From assembly GCA_035547915.1 (NCBI GenBank), contig DASZTS010000116.1, positions 10,539 to 74,538 of the forward strand: a stretch of DNA of 64,000 nt. The letters are read 5' to 3'. Every line of letters starts with the position of its first letter. The stretch's first letter is position 1. The position numbers were made by a program, and so were the translations under genes. The notes beneath the pieces are model-generated. The model made no database searches. It had not been told where the DNA came from and was given only the letters and a program-made list of their open reading frames with translations. Shown in pieces: positions 49,469-59,763 of this stretch. This stretch comes from Pirellulales bacterium. Its GTDB lineage: Bacteria; Planctomycetota; Planctomycetia; Pirellulales; JAICIG01.

Positions 49469-51385
49469 TTACTCGTTGCTGGCGCGCCGATCGTCGGCCG
49501 TCGTCTGTTCGGCAAGCTTTTGCCGCGCCTGGGCCACGAAGTCGGTTGCCCAGGGCTTGCCGTCATACAACTCGAGCACGGCCCGCCAGATCTTCTTCGC
49601 CGCATCCGGGTCCTCGGCAGTCATCGAGTCGGCCCGGTCGAGCTGCCCGGCAATCCGGTCTCGGTGTTCTTGGGTGTAGGCGGCAACGTCTTTATGAAGC
49701 TTGTCGAGCTTGCGTCGAGCCAGCTCCAAGCATTGCCGAGTGATCGCCGGCTGTTGGTTCGCGTCGCTACCATACAGGTCGACGAGGGCTGTCATCTTTT
49801 TCATTCCCGCTTCCGGATCGAGATCGACTTGCCGGAGGGCCTCTACGTAGTCGCGCTCGACGGGCGAAAGTTCGTGCATTTTGCCACGCAGGCGCGAGCG
49901 TCTTTCGAGTTTTCGTTCGAGTCGGTCGGTCTCAATCTGATCGCGTAGTTCTTCCAGGTCCCGGGTGCGCGGATCGGAGGCATCCGCACGATTGAGGAAA
50001 TTGACGATATCCGCCTCGGCTTCGGCCAACTTATCGTTCTCGTCGGCGGCCATCGCCCGCGCATAGAGTTTGTCGAGACTCGCCGGTTGCAGCAGATACC
50101 AGGTGCCGAAGACAAGGGTCGCGATCGCCACCACCAGTGCCAGCACTTGCAGCGATAACCAACTGGTTTCCTCGTCCTGAATTTCCTCTCGCGTGCGGTC
50201 GTCGTTGGAGACGGTGGTGAACTTGGGTTGCGGGGCGGGAGGAGTACCTGCGCCATTCGCGCCGCCACCCGAGGTCGACGGCACGGGTGCCATCAACGGC
50301 GCCGCCACGGTGGCCATGTCGGGAGAGAGATTCAAATCCGAACGCAACGCCTTGCGAACGTTCGGCTCAGCCATCGACGGCGGGACGTCGACCAGCCGAT
50401 ATTCGTCGGCGCCGGGCGATAGGTCTCTCGCGACCGCTCCCACGCTGTCGGCGGCAGCGGTCGGTGCCGTGGCGACCATTTCGACCGGCAACGGAGACCC
50501 GGCTACAGATGGCGATGCTGGCGGGTGAATCAACTGAGAGTGCCCTTCGCCCTCGGGGCGAACCGACAGACCGTGTCGCATTGCTTCCAGCCGGCGTGAC
50601 AACACCATCGCGGTTGGAATGCGTTTTTCCGGATCCTTCTCCAGCAGCAGGCTGACGATTGCTTCCAATTCGGCCGGCGCCTCGGGGGCGAAACGCCGAA
50701 GCGGCTCGGGCTGCGCGAATCGCTGCAATTGCAGCATTTCGACCATCGTGGCCGCGCGGAACGGGGGCCGGCGCGCGAGCAGGGCGAACATCACGCCCCC
50801 CAGGCTATACAGATCGCAACGATGGGTGACGGGACGCCCGTCGGCCTGCTCTGGCGCCATGTATTCGGCAGTGCCGAGCACGCCGCCGTCGGCGGTCAGC
50901 CCCGTATTGCCGAACAGTTTGGCGATGCCGAAGTCGGACAGCTTGAGGGTGCCATCGTCGGCCAGCAGCAGGTTGGCCGGTTTGATGTCGCGATGGATCA
51001 CGCCCCGGTCATGCGCATGCTTGAGCGCCCGACAGATCTGGATGCCCAGATCGGTCACCTCGCGCCATTCGAAAGTGCGGCCGGCCAGCAATTCCTCTTC
51101 GAGGCTGCGGCCCTCCACAAGCTCCATACCGTAAAAATGGTGGCCATCCTGCTCGCCATACCCAAAGAGCCGCACGATGTTGGGATGGTGGAGCTTGCGG
51201 AGGCTTTCGATCTCGGCTTCAAAGCGTTCGCGAAAGCCCTCTTCCTGAGCCAGCGCCGCCGACAGGACTTTGACGGCGGCGGCTTCGAGAGTTTCTACGT
51301 TGACGGCGGCATAGACGGTACCCATGCCGCCTCTGCCCAACTTGCGACCGATCTGATAAGGCCCGAGCCGTTCGAGTTGCATCAT
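49469..51385 (-). CDS. Membrane-anchored Hanks-type Ser/Thr protein kinase
   Basis: LGRGGMG, AVK, HRDIKPAN, DFG, YMAPE, one TM helix and a helical C-terminal domain. Confidence 0.95.
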   Translation of the reverse strand: MMQLERLGPYQIGRKLGRGGMGTVYAAVNVETLEAAAVKVLSAALAQEEGFRERFEAEIESLRKLHHPNIVRLFGYGEQDGHHFYGMELVEGRSLEEELLAGRTFEWREVTDLGIQICRALKHAHDRGVIHRDIKPANLLLADDGTLKLSDFGIAKLFGNTGLTADGGVLGTAEYMAPEQADGRPVTHRCDLYSLGGVMFALLARRPPFRAATMVEMLQLQRFAQPEPLRRFAPEAPAELEAIVSLLLEKDPEKRIPTAMVLSRRLEAMRHGLSVRPEGEGHSQLIHPPASPSVAGSPLPVEMVATAPTAAADSVGAVARDLSPGADEYRLVDVPPSMAEPNVRKALRSDLNLSPDMATVAAPLMAPVPSTSGGGANGAGTPPAPQPKFTTVSNDDRTREEIQDEETSWLSLQVLALVVAIATLVFGTWYLLQPASLDKLYARAMAADENDKLAEAEADIVNFLNRADASDPRTRDLEELRDQIETDRLERKLERRSRLRGKMHELSPVERDYVEALRQVDLDPEAGMKKMTALVDLYGSDANQQPAITRQCLELARRKLDKLHKDVAAYTQEHRDRIAGQLDRADSMTAEDPDAAKKIWRAVLELYDGKPWATDFVAQARQKLAEQTTADDRRASNE

Positions 51386-51555
51386 TGCTCAGACATGAAC
51401 CGTTGAGCTTAACTCTGTTTATGCTAGCCCCTTAGCGCCGAGCATGCCAGTGGCTTGCGGCGGGGCCTTTCGGCCCCTACCCAGTTTTCGGGCGATTCGT
51501 TATGCTGCGCTCCGCTAACGTCTTCCACGCCGGAATCCATCAGGAGGTGAATGTC

Positions 51556-52167
51556 ATGGCCTATTCCGTACCGCCCCTTCCCTACGCGTTCGATGCACTC
51601 GAGCCGCATATCGACGCCAAGACGATGGAGATTCACCACGATAAGCACCATGCGGCGTATGTGACGAACCTGAACAACGCCATCGCCAACACCGACTTAG
51701 GCAATCAGAGCATCGAATCGCTCTGCGCGAACATCGACAAAGTGCCCGAGAACATCCGTCAGGCGGTGCGCAACAACGGCGGTGGCCATGCCAACCACTC
51801 CTTGTTCTGGACCATCATGGGCCCAAACGCGGGCGGGCAGCCGAGTGGTCCGTTGGCCGACGCCATCAAGAACGAATTGGGCGGTTTCGACGCCTTCAAG
51901 GACGCTTTTGCCAAGGCAGGCATGGGCCGTTTCGGGAGCGGTTGGGCGTGGTTAAGTTTGGACAAGAGCAAGAAGCTGATCGTCGAGAGTACGCCGAACC
52001 AGGACAATCCTCTCATGCACGGCAACACTCCGATCGTCGGCTGCGACGTCTGGGAGCACGCCTACTACCTCAAATACCAGAACCGCCGTGCCGATTACCT
52101 GGCCGCCTGGTGGAACGTGGTCAACTGGTCGGCCGTTGCCGAAAGGTACACCCAAGCGAAGAAATAA
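51556..52167 (+). CDS. sodA: Superoxide dismutase (Mn-type signature)
   Basis: [37 protein letters not shown] and SD AGGAGG. Confidence 0.95.
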   Translation: MAYSVPPLPYAFDALEPHIDAKTMEIHHDKHHAAYVTNLNNAIANTDLGNQSIESLCANIDKVPENIRQAVRNNGGGHANHSLFWTIMGPNAGGQPSGPLADAIKNELGGFDAFKDAFAKAGMGRFGSGWAWLSLDKSKKLIVESTPNQDNPLMHGNTPIVGCDVWEHAYYLKYQNRRADYLAAWWNVVNWSAVAERYTQAKK

Positions 52168-52215
52168 CGAGATAGCGCTCGGCAAGGGCACGCCCATACG
52201 GCTGCTGGCGCATCG

Positions 52216-54087
52216 TTAGTCGTCGAGCGCGGCCACACTCGAACCCTGTTCGATCTCGAAGAGTTTATCGATCTCGACGTGCGGTACTTGTTCTTGCGTT
52301 CCGTCGGGCCAGCGGATGGTGAGCCGGTCGACTCGCGACGCATCGCCCAGGCCGATGGTCACGGGCAATTCGACTTGCGAGAGGTAGCTGCGCGTCGGCA
52401 TGACAGGGCGGATCATCGTCTCACCGGCGACCTCGGCTTCGATCCACGAGCCGATCGCGTCGCGGTTCGCCTGTGTGCCGCGCAGCTTCACGCGCAACCA
52501 GTGATGGTGGAGCGATTGGTCGTTGCGAAGCAGCCGCGGCGGACTGCCGATGGCCGTGATCAGCATGTCGAGATCGCCGTCACCGTCGATATCGGCGTAG
52601 GTTGCACCGCGGCCCACCAGTGGCCGCGAAAAATCCTCGCCGCAGTTGGCTTCGGGCACGAGTAGGAACTCCGAATCGGCCTCACCGCCGCAGTTCCAGA
52701 ACAGGTGCGGCGGCTGCTCGTAGCGCTGGCTTTCCTGGACTTTCTGGATGTCCTCTTCCAGATGTCCGTTTGCCGTGAATAGATCGAGGCGCCGGTCGAG
52801 ATCGTAGTCGAGGAAGAACAGGCCGAACTTCAGGTTGAGCCGCGACGGCAGACCAAGGCCGGTAGCCACGGCTTCGTCGACGAACATCGGCATCTCGTGG
52901 GCCGAGATTTCGCCCTGTGTCACGTAAAGAGCGGTCGGCTCGTTGGAAAAGTTGCCGATGGCGATGCCGAGAGTGCGATCGTTGCGAAAACGAGCGCAGT
53001 CGATGCCCATCGCGCCGCGGGCCCGCCCAGCGGGATCCAAAGCCACACCGCAGATAGCGCCGACTTCCTTGAACCGGCCGTCACGCTGATTGTGGAACAC
53101 GAGGTTCTGCACCGTGTCGTTGGCCACAACCAGGTCGATCCAGCCGTCGCTGTCTAAATCGACAGGAAGTACCCCCAGGGACTTGGCCAGCGGCATACGG
53201 GTGTCCCGGTTTGTCACCTGCACGCCCGATTCGACCGAGACGTTGGTGAACGTTCCTTGCCCTTCGTTGCGATAGAGGTAGGGAAACGAGCCTTCGAATA
53301 CGTCTGGGCGGCAATAGGCCCTCCCTTCGCCCTTAAGCGTACAGTTCAACCGCAGATCGATTTCCTTGCTCCAACGCACGTAGTTGGCCACAAAGAGATC
53401 GAGATCGCCGTCGTTGTCGTAGTCGAACCAGCCGCAGCTCGTGCTCCAGGCGCCGTGGTCGCCGGCTACGCCGGCCGCGTGGGTGACGTCGCGAAAAGTC
53501 CCCTTGTCGTTGCGGAACAGCCGATTCGGCCCGACGGCAGAGAGGAAGACGTCGACCCAGCCGTCGTTGTCGTAGTCGCCGACGGCGACGCCCATGCCGT
53601 ATAGTTGCACGCCCAGCCCCGATTCGGCCGTCACGTCGTCGAAATGGCCCCGACCATCATTGCGATAAAGTGCTGTGGTGGGTGTGGACGCCCCGCGCGT
53701 CTCATGCCCTGCCCAATATGACGAATTGACCAACAGCAAATCCTGGTCGCCGTCGTTGTCGTAATCCAAGAACGCGCAGCCGCCCCCCATCGTCTCGGGC
53801 AGCAACTTGTCGCCATAGGCACCGTTGACGTGAACGAAGGTGATACCCGCTTCGCGCGTGATATCGGTGAAACGGACTCGCGGAATGGACACCTTCGGGG
53901 TACGGACCCCGCCAACCGCGGGCGATTGGTTGTCGGCCACGATGGAAGGCGGTCTTCGCGCGAACCAGTAGTAGGTGCCCGCGGCGAAGGCGACGGCCGC
54001 GATCAAGGCCAGCGACCAACGTAGCGCGCGCCCAATGATGACGTCGTCGCGTTCCAGGTTGTCGGGTTCAGGATTCGTTCCGGTCAT
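52216..54087 (-). CDS. CRTAC1-family FG-GAP/ASPIC-UnbV protein
   Basis: Repeated DYDNDGD.DL motifs, ETMGGG, C-terminal NRDAIG...SYLSQ...IRWPDG and an N-terminal TM helix. Confidence 0.92.
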   Translation of the reverse strand: MTGTNPEPDNLERDDVIIGRALRWSLALIAAVAFAAGTYYWFARRPPSIVADNQSPAVGGVRTPKVSIPRVRFTDITREAGITFVHVNGAYGDKLLPETMGGGCAFLDYDNDGDQDLLLVNSSYWAGHETRGASTPTTALYRNDGRGHFDDVTAESGLGVQLYGMGVAVGDYDNDGWVDVFLSAVGPNRLFRNDKGTFRDVTHAAGVAGDHGAWSTSCGWFDYDNDGDLDLFVANYVRWSKEIDLRLNCTLKGEGRAYCRPDVFEGSFPYLYRNEGQGTFTNVSVESGVQVTNRDTRMPLAKSLGVLPVDLDSDGWIDLVVANDTVQNLVFHNQRDGRFKEVGAICGVALDPAGRARGAMGIDCARFRNDRTLGIAIGNFSNEPTALYVTQGEISAHEMPMFVDEAVATGLGLPSRLNLKFGLFFLDYDLDRRLDLFTANGHLEEDIQKVQESQRYEQPPHLFWNCGGEADSEFLLVPEANCGEDFSRPLVGRGATYADIDGDGDLDMLITAIGSPPRLLRNDQSLHHHWLRVKLRGTQANRDAIGSWIEAEVAGETMIRPVMPTRSYLSQVELPVTIGLGDASRVDRLTIRWPDGTQEQVPHVEIDKLFEIEQGSSVAALDD

Positions 54088-54702
54088 ATCTCGATCGTCG
54101 TTGTGCCTCTTCGCTTCCCCTCCTTTTATCATCGGCGTCCCCACGCCGTCGACTCGGCATCACCCCGCGCGGGAGGGGCGGGCAGCTTGTTTGTACTGAC
54201 TTTCGACAGACGGGCGCGCCTGCGCGGTGCAAAGAAAAGCGCCGAGACGCTCCCTGGCCCGTCACGGATCTCGTGTACGCGGCAGGCGGAGACCGAATCA
54301 GACGTCAAGTTGCATTTTTAGCGCGGCCGGATGCACCGTCAAACCGGCGATGGTTACCGCCTGCGTGGCGACATTCTGCACTCGCGCGTACTCTCCGTTC
54401 TAGCCTTGGCACCCAATGGAGCCTCAGCTTGAACCTATTGTAACCTCCCCGGGGATGCCCGATGGTGCGTGCAAGTTGCTTGCATTTCCCGATGTGGCAG
54501 GTCAAGATGTACGTACCCCCTAGGCGCATGTTCGGCTGGCTGTTTTAACGGCCAAGCGGAAATCTGAGATGTGCCTAACCGTCGAACCAAACAGACGCGA
54601 ACGGTTCTGTCTGGTTTGATCCCGCCTTGAGTTTCGTCCCGCCCGGTTACTGTTCGCTTGGCTCGTTTCTTATTGTTTCTGCAGAGAAGAAGAGGCAATT
54701 TC

Positions 54703-55758
54703 ATGCATCGCCGTCCGCGTAAAGGTTTCACTCTGGTCGAGCTTCTGGTTGTGATCGCCATCATCGGCATCTTGATAGCGCTGTTGCTGCCGGCCGTACA
54801 AGCGGCGCGCGAGGCCGCCCGCCGCGCGCAGTGTGTGAACAACCTCAAGCAATTGGGCGTAGCCTTGCAGAACTATCACGACGCGCTCGGTACCTACCCA
54901 CCTTTGGCCACGGGACCGGGCTTGACCGGCCCTTCCGGACCTGGCGGGCCGAATCTGGGAACACAGATCGGTGTGTTCGTGTTCCTCACGCCGTACATGG
55001 AACAGCAAGCCGTCTGGAATCAGATCAATTGGCAGACCGCGCCGCAGCCCTGGGTCGCATATCAAGCCTGGGCCGTCGAGATTCCCGGGCTGATCTGTCC
55101 GTCGGATGTTAAACCCACCGCGAATGCGATGACATACACGACGGCCAGCGGCGCGACCATGTCGGGCTACCAGGGACGCAATAGCTATAAAGCGTCGATG
55201 GGCACGACCACCAACGACAATGAAAACAACAATACGACGACGGGCATTTTCGCCAACAACGGCTATGCAAAGATCGTCGACATCCTCGACGGCACCAGCC
55301 ACACGCTCGCGTTCGCCGAGGCTTGTCAGGGTAGCCCCTTCAATATGGCTGAGGTGGTGAGCAATCGGGCCATCAACGTCAGCACGAACATGTCGACGAT
55401 GAACGGCCTTTACAACACCGGTTACACGCTGTGCCAGGCCACCGCGACCAATGGTTATTACACCGCCGCGTACAATACGAACACGGGCTACCTGCCCGGC
55501 ATGCGGTGGAACGACGGAGGATCTCATTATTCGGGCTTTACGTCGATCATTCCGCCGAACGGCCCTAGTTGCTTCTCTGGAAACGCGGACCGTACATGGG
55601 GCATCTTTACTCCGAGCAGCAGGCATCCGGGCGGCGCCCTGTGCGGGCTGGCCGATGGTAGCACGCGCTTCTTTCCGGAAACCACCGACGTGATGACGTG
55701 GCAGGCCTTGGGCACCAAAAACGGCGGAGAGTCGGTCGACAGCGTTCTTGCTCAATAG
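54703..55758 (+). CDS. DUF1559 protein (prepilin-type N-terminus, H-X9-DG C-terminus)
   Basis: [44 protein letters not shown] and [15 protein letters not shown]. Confidence 0.96.
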   Translation: MHRRPRKGFTLVELLVVIAIIGILIALLLPAVQAAREAARRAQCVNNLKQLGVALQNYHDALGTYPPLATGPGLTGPSGPGGPNLGTQIGVFVFLTPYMEQQAVWNQINWQTAPQPWVAYQAWAVEIPGLICPSDVKPTANAMTYTTASGATMSGYQGRNSYKASMGTTTNDNENNNTTTGIFANNGYAKIVDILDGTSHTLAFAEACQGSPFNMAEVVSNRAINVSTNMSTMNGLYNTGYTLCQATATNGYYTAAYNTNTGYLPGMRWNDGGSHYSGFTSIIPPNGPSCFSGNADRTWGIFTPSSRHPGGALCGLADGSTRFFPETTDVMTWQALGTKNGGESVDSVLAQ

Positions 55759-55903
55759 GGTTCACCGGCCATGCGTGATAAAGCATGACCAGCGGGGATG
55801 GGCGAGGGCTGGTTCCTTCGCCCCTTCTCGGCTGGAGTGGCCGCGGCGCGGCTCGTCAACGGCAGGTTGCGTCGGGGCGGGCTACGGTTGATAATGAAAG
55901 CCC

Positions 55904-56410
55904 ATGCAGTGCCCTTATTGCCGCAACGACAACGACCGCGTCATCGACTCGCGCGCCAGTGACGATGGTTTCGCTATCCGCCGGCGGCGAGAATGCTTGA
56001 CCTGTCATCGGCGTTATACGACGTACGAACGGGTCGAAGAGCCAGCGATCAAGGTGGTGAAGAAGGATGGTATCCGCGAGCCGTTCAGCCGCGAAAAGAT
56101 CAAGAACGGCCTACAGAAAGCCTGCTGGAAGCGTCCGATCAGCGACGAGCAGATCGAGGCCATCGTCGCCACGATCGAGAACGACATCTATGCCAACTTC
56201 GACACGGAAGTGGCCAGTCGCAACTTGGGCGACATGGTGATGTTGCAACTGCGCGACGTGGACCAGGTGGCCTTCGTTCGTTTCGCCAGCGTCTACCGCG
56301 AATTCAAGGACGTACGCGATTTCGTCGAGGAGTTGGAGCCGATGCTGGCGCAGAATCGCTCCGGCAGTTCGGCCAGGCTCAACAACCAGGTACGGCCCGG
56401 CACGCGGTAG
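55904..56410 (+). CDS. nrdR: Transcriptional repressor NrdR
   Basis: MQCPYC, VIDSR, IRRRRECLTC, an ATP cone and VRFASVYREF. Confidence 0.97.
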   Translation: MQCPYCRNDNDRVIDSRASDDGFAIRRRRECLTCHRRYTTYERVEEPAIKVVKKDGIREPFSREKIKNGLQKACWKRPISDEQIEAIVATIENDIYANFDTEVASRNLGDMVMLQLRDVDQVAFVRFASVYREFKDVRDFVEELEPMLAQNRSGSSARLNNQVRPGTR

Positions 56411-56418
56411 GCAACGGT

Positions 56419-57624
56419 CTAATACGCCGCGCGGAACACGTCCTCGATCTCGGGAACGGTCGGCACGCGTGGATTGACGCGCAAGATACGCTTGATGCCG
56501 AACGCCCGTTCGGCGAAGACCGGAAGTTGTTCGGGCTTGACGCCCAATTCGCGCAGCCGGGTGGGAATGCCGATGGCCGCCTTGAGCCGCTCGACCGCGG
56601 CGATGGCCAGTTCGGCAGCTTGCGGCTTATCGCAGTGTGTGGTGTTCTCTCCCAACAATTGTGCGATCCTGGCAAAGCGTGCCATCCGCACCGGAAGGTT
56701 ATAGCGCATCACGTAGGGCAAGAGCAGGCCGTTGCCGGCCCCGTGCGAGCAATGGACCGCTCCGCCGACCGGGTATTCCATGGCGTGCACCAATGCCACG
56801 CCGACATTCGAGAAGGCCAGGCCAGCGATGGTTGCGGCCAACGACATGCCGCGGCGCGCCTCGACATTTGCTGGTTCACGAACCGCCGTTACGAGGTGTT
56901 GCCCCACGAGTTCGATCGCCTTCTCTGCGAAACAATCGGCCAAGGGATGCCGTCCCTGGTAGAGCGTGCGCTCGCCGGCGGGCAAGGGAAAGTGCTCATT
57001 GTCGACCGCCGTATAGGCCTCGATCGCGTGCGTGAGGGCGTCGATGCCGCTGTCGGCCGTGACCTTGGCCGGGCAGCTCACCGTGAGCAGCGGGTCGACA
57101 ATGGCGACCGCGGGTCGCATATAATTGCTCAGCACACCGACTTTGATCTGGTTGGCCGTATCGGTCAGCACCGACGCGGCCGTCACCTCGCTACCCGTAC
57201 CAGAAGTGGTGGGAACGCACACCAGCGGCAACACGGGACCGGGTACGCGGTCCTCTCCCACGTAATCGCGCAGCCCACCGCCGTGGGTCAATAACACGGC
57301 AGCGATCTTGGCCAAGTCCATGTTGCTGCCGCCGCCCAGCCCGAGCAGGCCGTCTGGCTGGAACCGCCGCGCATGGTCGACACACTGGTCGACCAGGTCG
57401 AGCGACGGTTCGGGCTGTCCGCCATCAAACACTTCGACCGCGACGCCAGCCGCTGCGAGCGGTTCGCTCACGGCCCGGTCGAGGCCGGCCGCGAGCAGTC
57501 GCTGGTCTGTCACGATCATGACTCGGCGCAGCTTGAGCCGTTGGGCGATCTGGCCCGTCTGGCCAGCGGCGCCGTCGCCAAACAGAAGTTGGCCGGAGGA
57601 ATGAAAAGTCCACGTCTGTCGCAT
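56419..57624 (-). CDS. Iron-containing alcohol dehydrogenase family protein
   Basis: GGGSNMD, PTTSGTGSE, GIDALTHAIE, HAMEY and SHG. Start at MRQTW. Confidence 0.93.
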   Translation of the reverse strand: MRQTWTFHSSGQLLFGDGAAGQTGQIAQRLKLRRVMIVTDQRLLAAGLDRAVSEPLAAAGVAVEVFDGGQPEPSLDLVDQCVDHARRFQPDGLLGLGGGSNMDLAKIAAVLLTHGGGLRDYVGEDRVPGPVLPLVCVPTTSGTGSEVTAASVLTDTANQIKVGVLSNYMRPAVAIVDPLLTVSCPAKVTADSGIDALTHAIEAYTAVDNEHFPLPAGERTLYQGRHPLADCFAEKAIELVGQHLVTAVREPANVEARRGMSLAATIAGLAFSNVGVALVHAMEYPVGGAVHCSHGAGNGLLLPYVMRYNLPVRMARFARIAQLLGENTTHCDKPQAAELAIAAVERLKAAIGIPTRLRELGVKPEQLPVFAERAFGIKRILRVNPRVPTVPEIEDVFRAAY

Positions 57625-57629
57625 CGCCG

Positions 57630-59384
57630 TCACCTTCGTCGCACGTAAGCGAAATAGGCCCCACAGAGTTGCTGACCGTCGGTATCGTAGCACCAACTTT
57701 GCATTTCGGTGCGTGTGCCCGCCCGTAGCGGCATGACGAACGTGATTCCCTTGTCGCCGGGCGAGACCGGCCGAGATTCGTCGAAATCGCCAAGTTTCAG
57801 CCGCACTTTGGCGACCGGCAAGGCCTTCCCGGGCGGTAGGGTTCCGTCGACGGCCTTGAATTCGGGCACCCCGTCGCGGATCGCGGCATCCGCCTCGCGT
57901 GGCCAACGGCGGAGCTCGATTTCATAGGTACCGTCCTGCTCGACAAACACGTGCCACGGTCCGTTGCGGTTTACCCCCTCACGCAGATTGTGCATGTTGT
58001 CGCAGTAGATATTGGCCCAATCAGCCGCCGAAAGGGTGACGGGGTTTTCCGCCTCGGCGCCGATGCTGATCGGACTGAAGTCGTCGAGCTTGTCCGCGAG
58101 CCCGGCCCACCAGCCGTCATAAGAATCGCGCAAACGTTTGACGACATCGGGATGTTCGCTGGCCACATCGGTCGTCTGCCCGAAATCGCTGGCAAGGTCG
58201 TAGAGTTCTTGCCCCTTCACCAACCGCCATTTGCGCCACATCACAGCCGAGTCCCATTTCTCGGGTCGTTGGCCGTATTGCACGACGAGCGTGCGATCGG
58301 GGAACGTGTCGACCGTGCCCTTCAACAGGCCGGCCAGGCTTGTACCATCGAAGTGCGCCGGTCCCGATGTCCGCAATTGGCAGAGGTCGATGAGCGTCGG
58401 CAAGAGATCCTGGACTTCCGAGAGGGTATCGATGTCGCAAGGCATCCGCAGGCCGCCGGCAGGCCAGCGAATGAAGCACGCGGCCCGGTGACCTCCCTCG
58501 TAGTACTCCGTCTTGTGTCCGCGCATACCGGCGTTGAAGGTCTTTACGCCGGCTGTACCACCGTTGTCGTGAAAATAGACGAGGATCGTGTTTTCCCACT
58601 GCCCTGTCTGGCGCAGCAAGCCGTCGAGACGGCCGAGATTCTCGTCGATATTGGCGATCATGCCGAAGAACGCCGCCGGCCCTCGGCCCTCATACGGCTT
58701 TTTGTACTGGCCGGGCACCCAGAGCGGGCCGTGAGGTGCGTTGGTCGGCAGGTAGAGAAAGAACGGCTCGTCCTGCGCGGCCCGTTCCCTGACCCAGTCC
58801 TGGGCCAGCTTGAACCAGACATCCGTGCAATAGCCGGTGTATTGCTTCAGTTCGCCGCGGCTACGAAAACGGCCGTTGAAATAGTCGTTCTCCCACAGAT
58901 CGGCCATCGACGTGATGCCCCAGCCCAGATGATAGACGGCTCGCTCAAATCCCCGCCACTCGGGCAAGTTCGGATAGCTGTCACCCAGATGCCATTTGCC
59001 AAAGAGGGCCGTTCGATAGCCATTCGCGGCAAAAAAAGCGGGCATCATGGGGATACCGCGGCGCACGAACGACCGTCCCGCGCACACCGAGGTGGCTCCG
59101 CTGTGCAGGGCGTCGAGGCCGGTGAGCAATTGCCCGCGCGTCGGCGTGCACATCGGCGCGACGTGAAAGTCGGTAAGCCGGATACTCTCGTCGTGCAGCC
59201 GGTCGAGGTTGGGCGTCTTTAGCACGGGGTTGCCGTGACACGACAGGTCACCGTACCCCTGATCGTCGGTGAGCAGGATGACGACATTGGGACGCCGCGG
59301 TGACCGTTCCTGGGCGAGACCGACGCCCGAAAACGTGGCCACAGCGGCAGCGAACAAGAGGCTTAATGGCTTAGCAAAGGACAT
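57630..59384 (-). CDS. Arylsulfatase (Cys-type)
   Basis: PNVVILLTDDQGYGD, CTPTRGQLLTG, GKWHLG, DNGG and a signal peptide. Confidence 0.96.
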   Translation of the reverse strand: MSFAKPLSLLFAAAVATFSGVGLAQERSPRRPNVVILLTDDQGYGDLSCHGNPVLKTPNLDRLHDESIRLTDFHVAPMCTPTRGQLLTGLDALHSGATSVCAGRSFVRRGIPMMPAFFAANGYRTALFGKWHLGDSYPNLPEWRGFERAVYHLGWGITSMADLWENDYFNGRFRSRGELKQYTGYCTDVWFKLAQDWVRERAAQDEPFFLYLPTNAPHGPLWVPGQYKKPYEGRGPAAFFGMIANIDENLGRLDGLLRQTGQWENTILVYFHDNGGTAGVKTFNAGMRGHKTEYYEGGHRAACFIRWPAGGLRMPCDIDTLSEVQDLLPTLIDLCQLRTSGPAHFDGTSLAGLLKGTVDTFPDRTLVVQYGQRPEKWDSAVMWRKWRLVKGQELYDLASDFGQTTDVASEHPDVVKRLRDSYDGWWAGLADKLDDFSPISIGAEAENPVTLSAADWANIYCDNMHNLREGVNRNGPWHVFVEQDGTYEIELRRWPREADAAIRDGVPEFKAVDGTLPPGKALPVAKVRLKLGDFDESRPVSPGDKGITFVMPLRAGTRTEMQSWCYDTDGQQLCGAYFAYVRRR

Positions 59385-59540
59385 GCGGAGGCACCTCGAT
59401 GAACTCTGCCGCGATTGTGAAACGCGGCGTGGCAAGTTGCAAGCCGTTCCGCTGCTGGTTGCCAGGGCATTTTTGCGTGCCCGGTATGGAGCCTTTCGTG
59501 ATACACTGTAGATTCACGCCGCATGGGAGCAAGTGCCTTA

Positions 59541-59639
59541 GAGCGGCTGACAGAACCGGGAAGCCGGAGCGACGTGGGCGAAAAATCGGCCGTGAAACGC
59601 CGCTTTTTGTGGAGCTCGATCCGGTTTTGTCGGTTGCTC
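59541..59639 (+). mobile_element. MITE copy 5 (99 bp)
   Basis: GAGCGGCTGACAGAACC ... GGTTTTGTCGGTTGCTC flanked by TTA (59538-59540) and TTG (59640-59642, one mismatch). Confidence 0.82.
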
Positions 59640-59763
59640 TTGGAGCCTGTCCGAGAACCGATGTTGCGACAGAAGCGATTCGACTCGCCCGCAGGTTGTC
59701 GGATCGGCTCTTGGATCCTCCCCACCGGTGCGATGCGTCCATCCTCTCCAATCGAGCTGCCAA

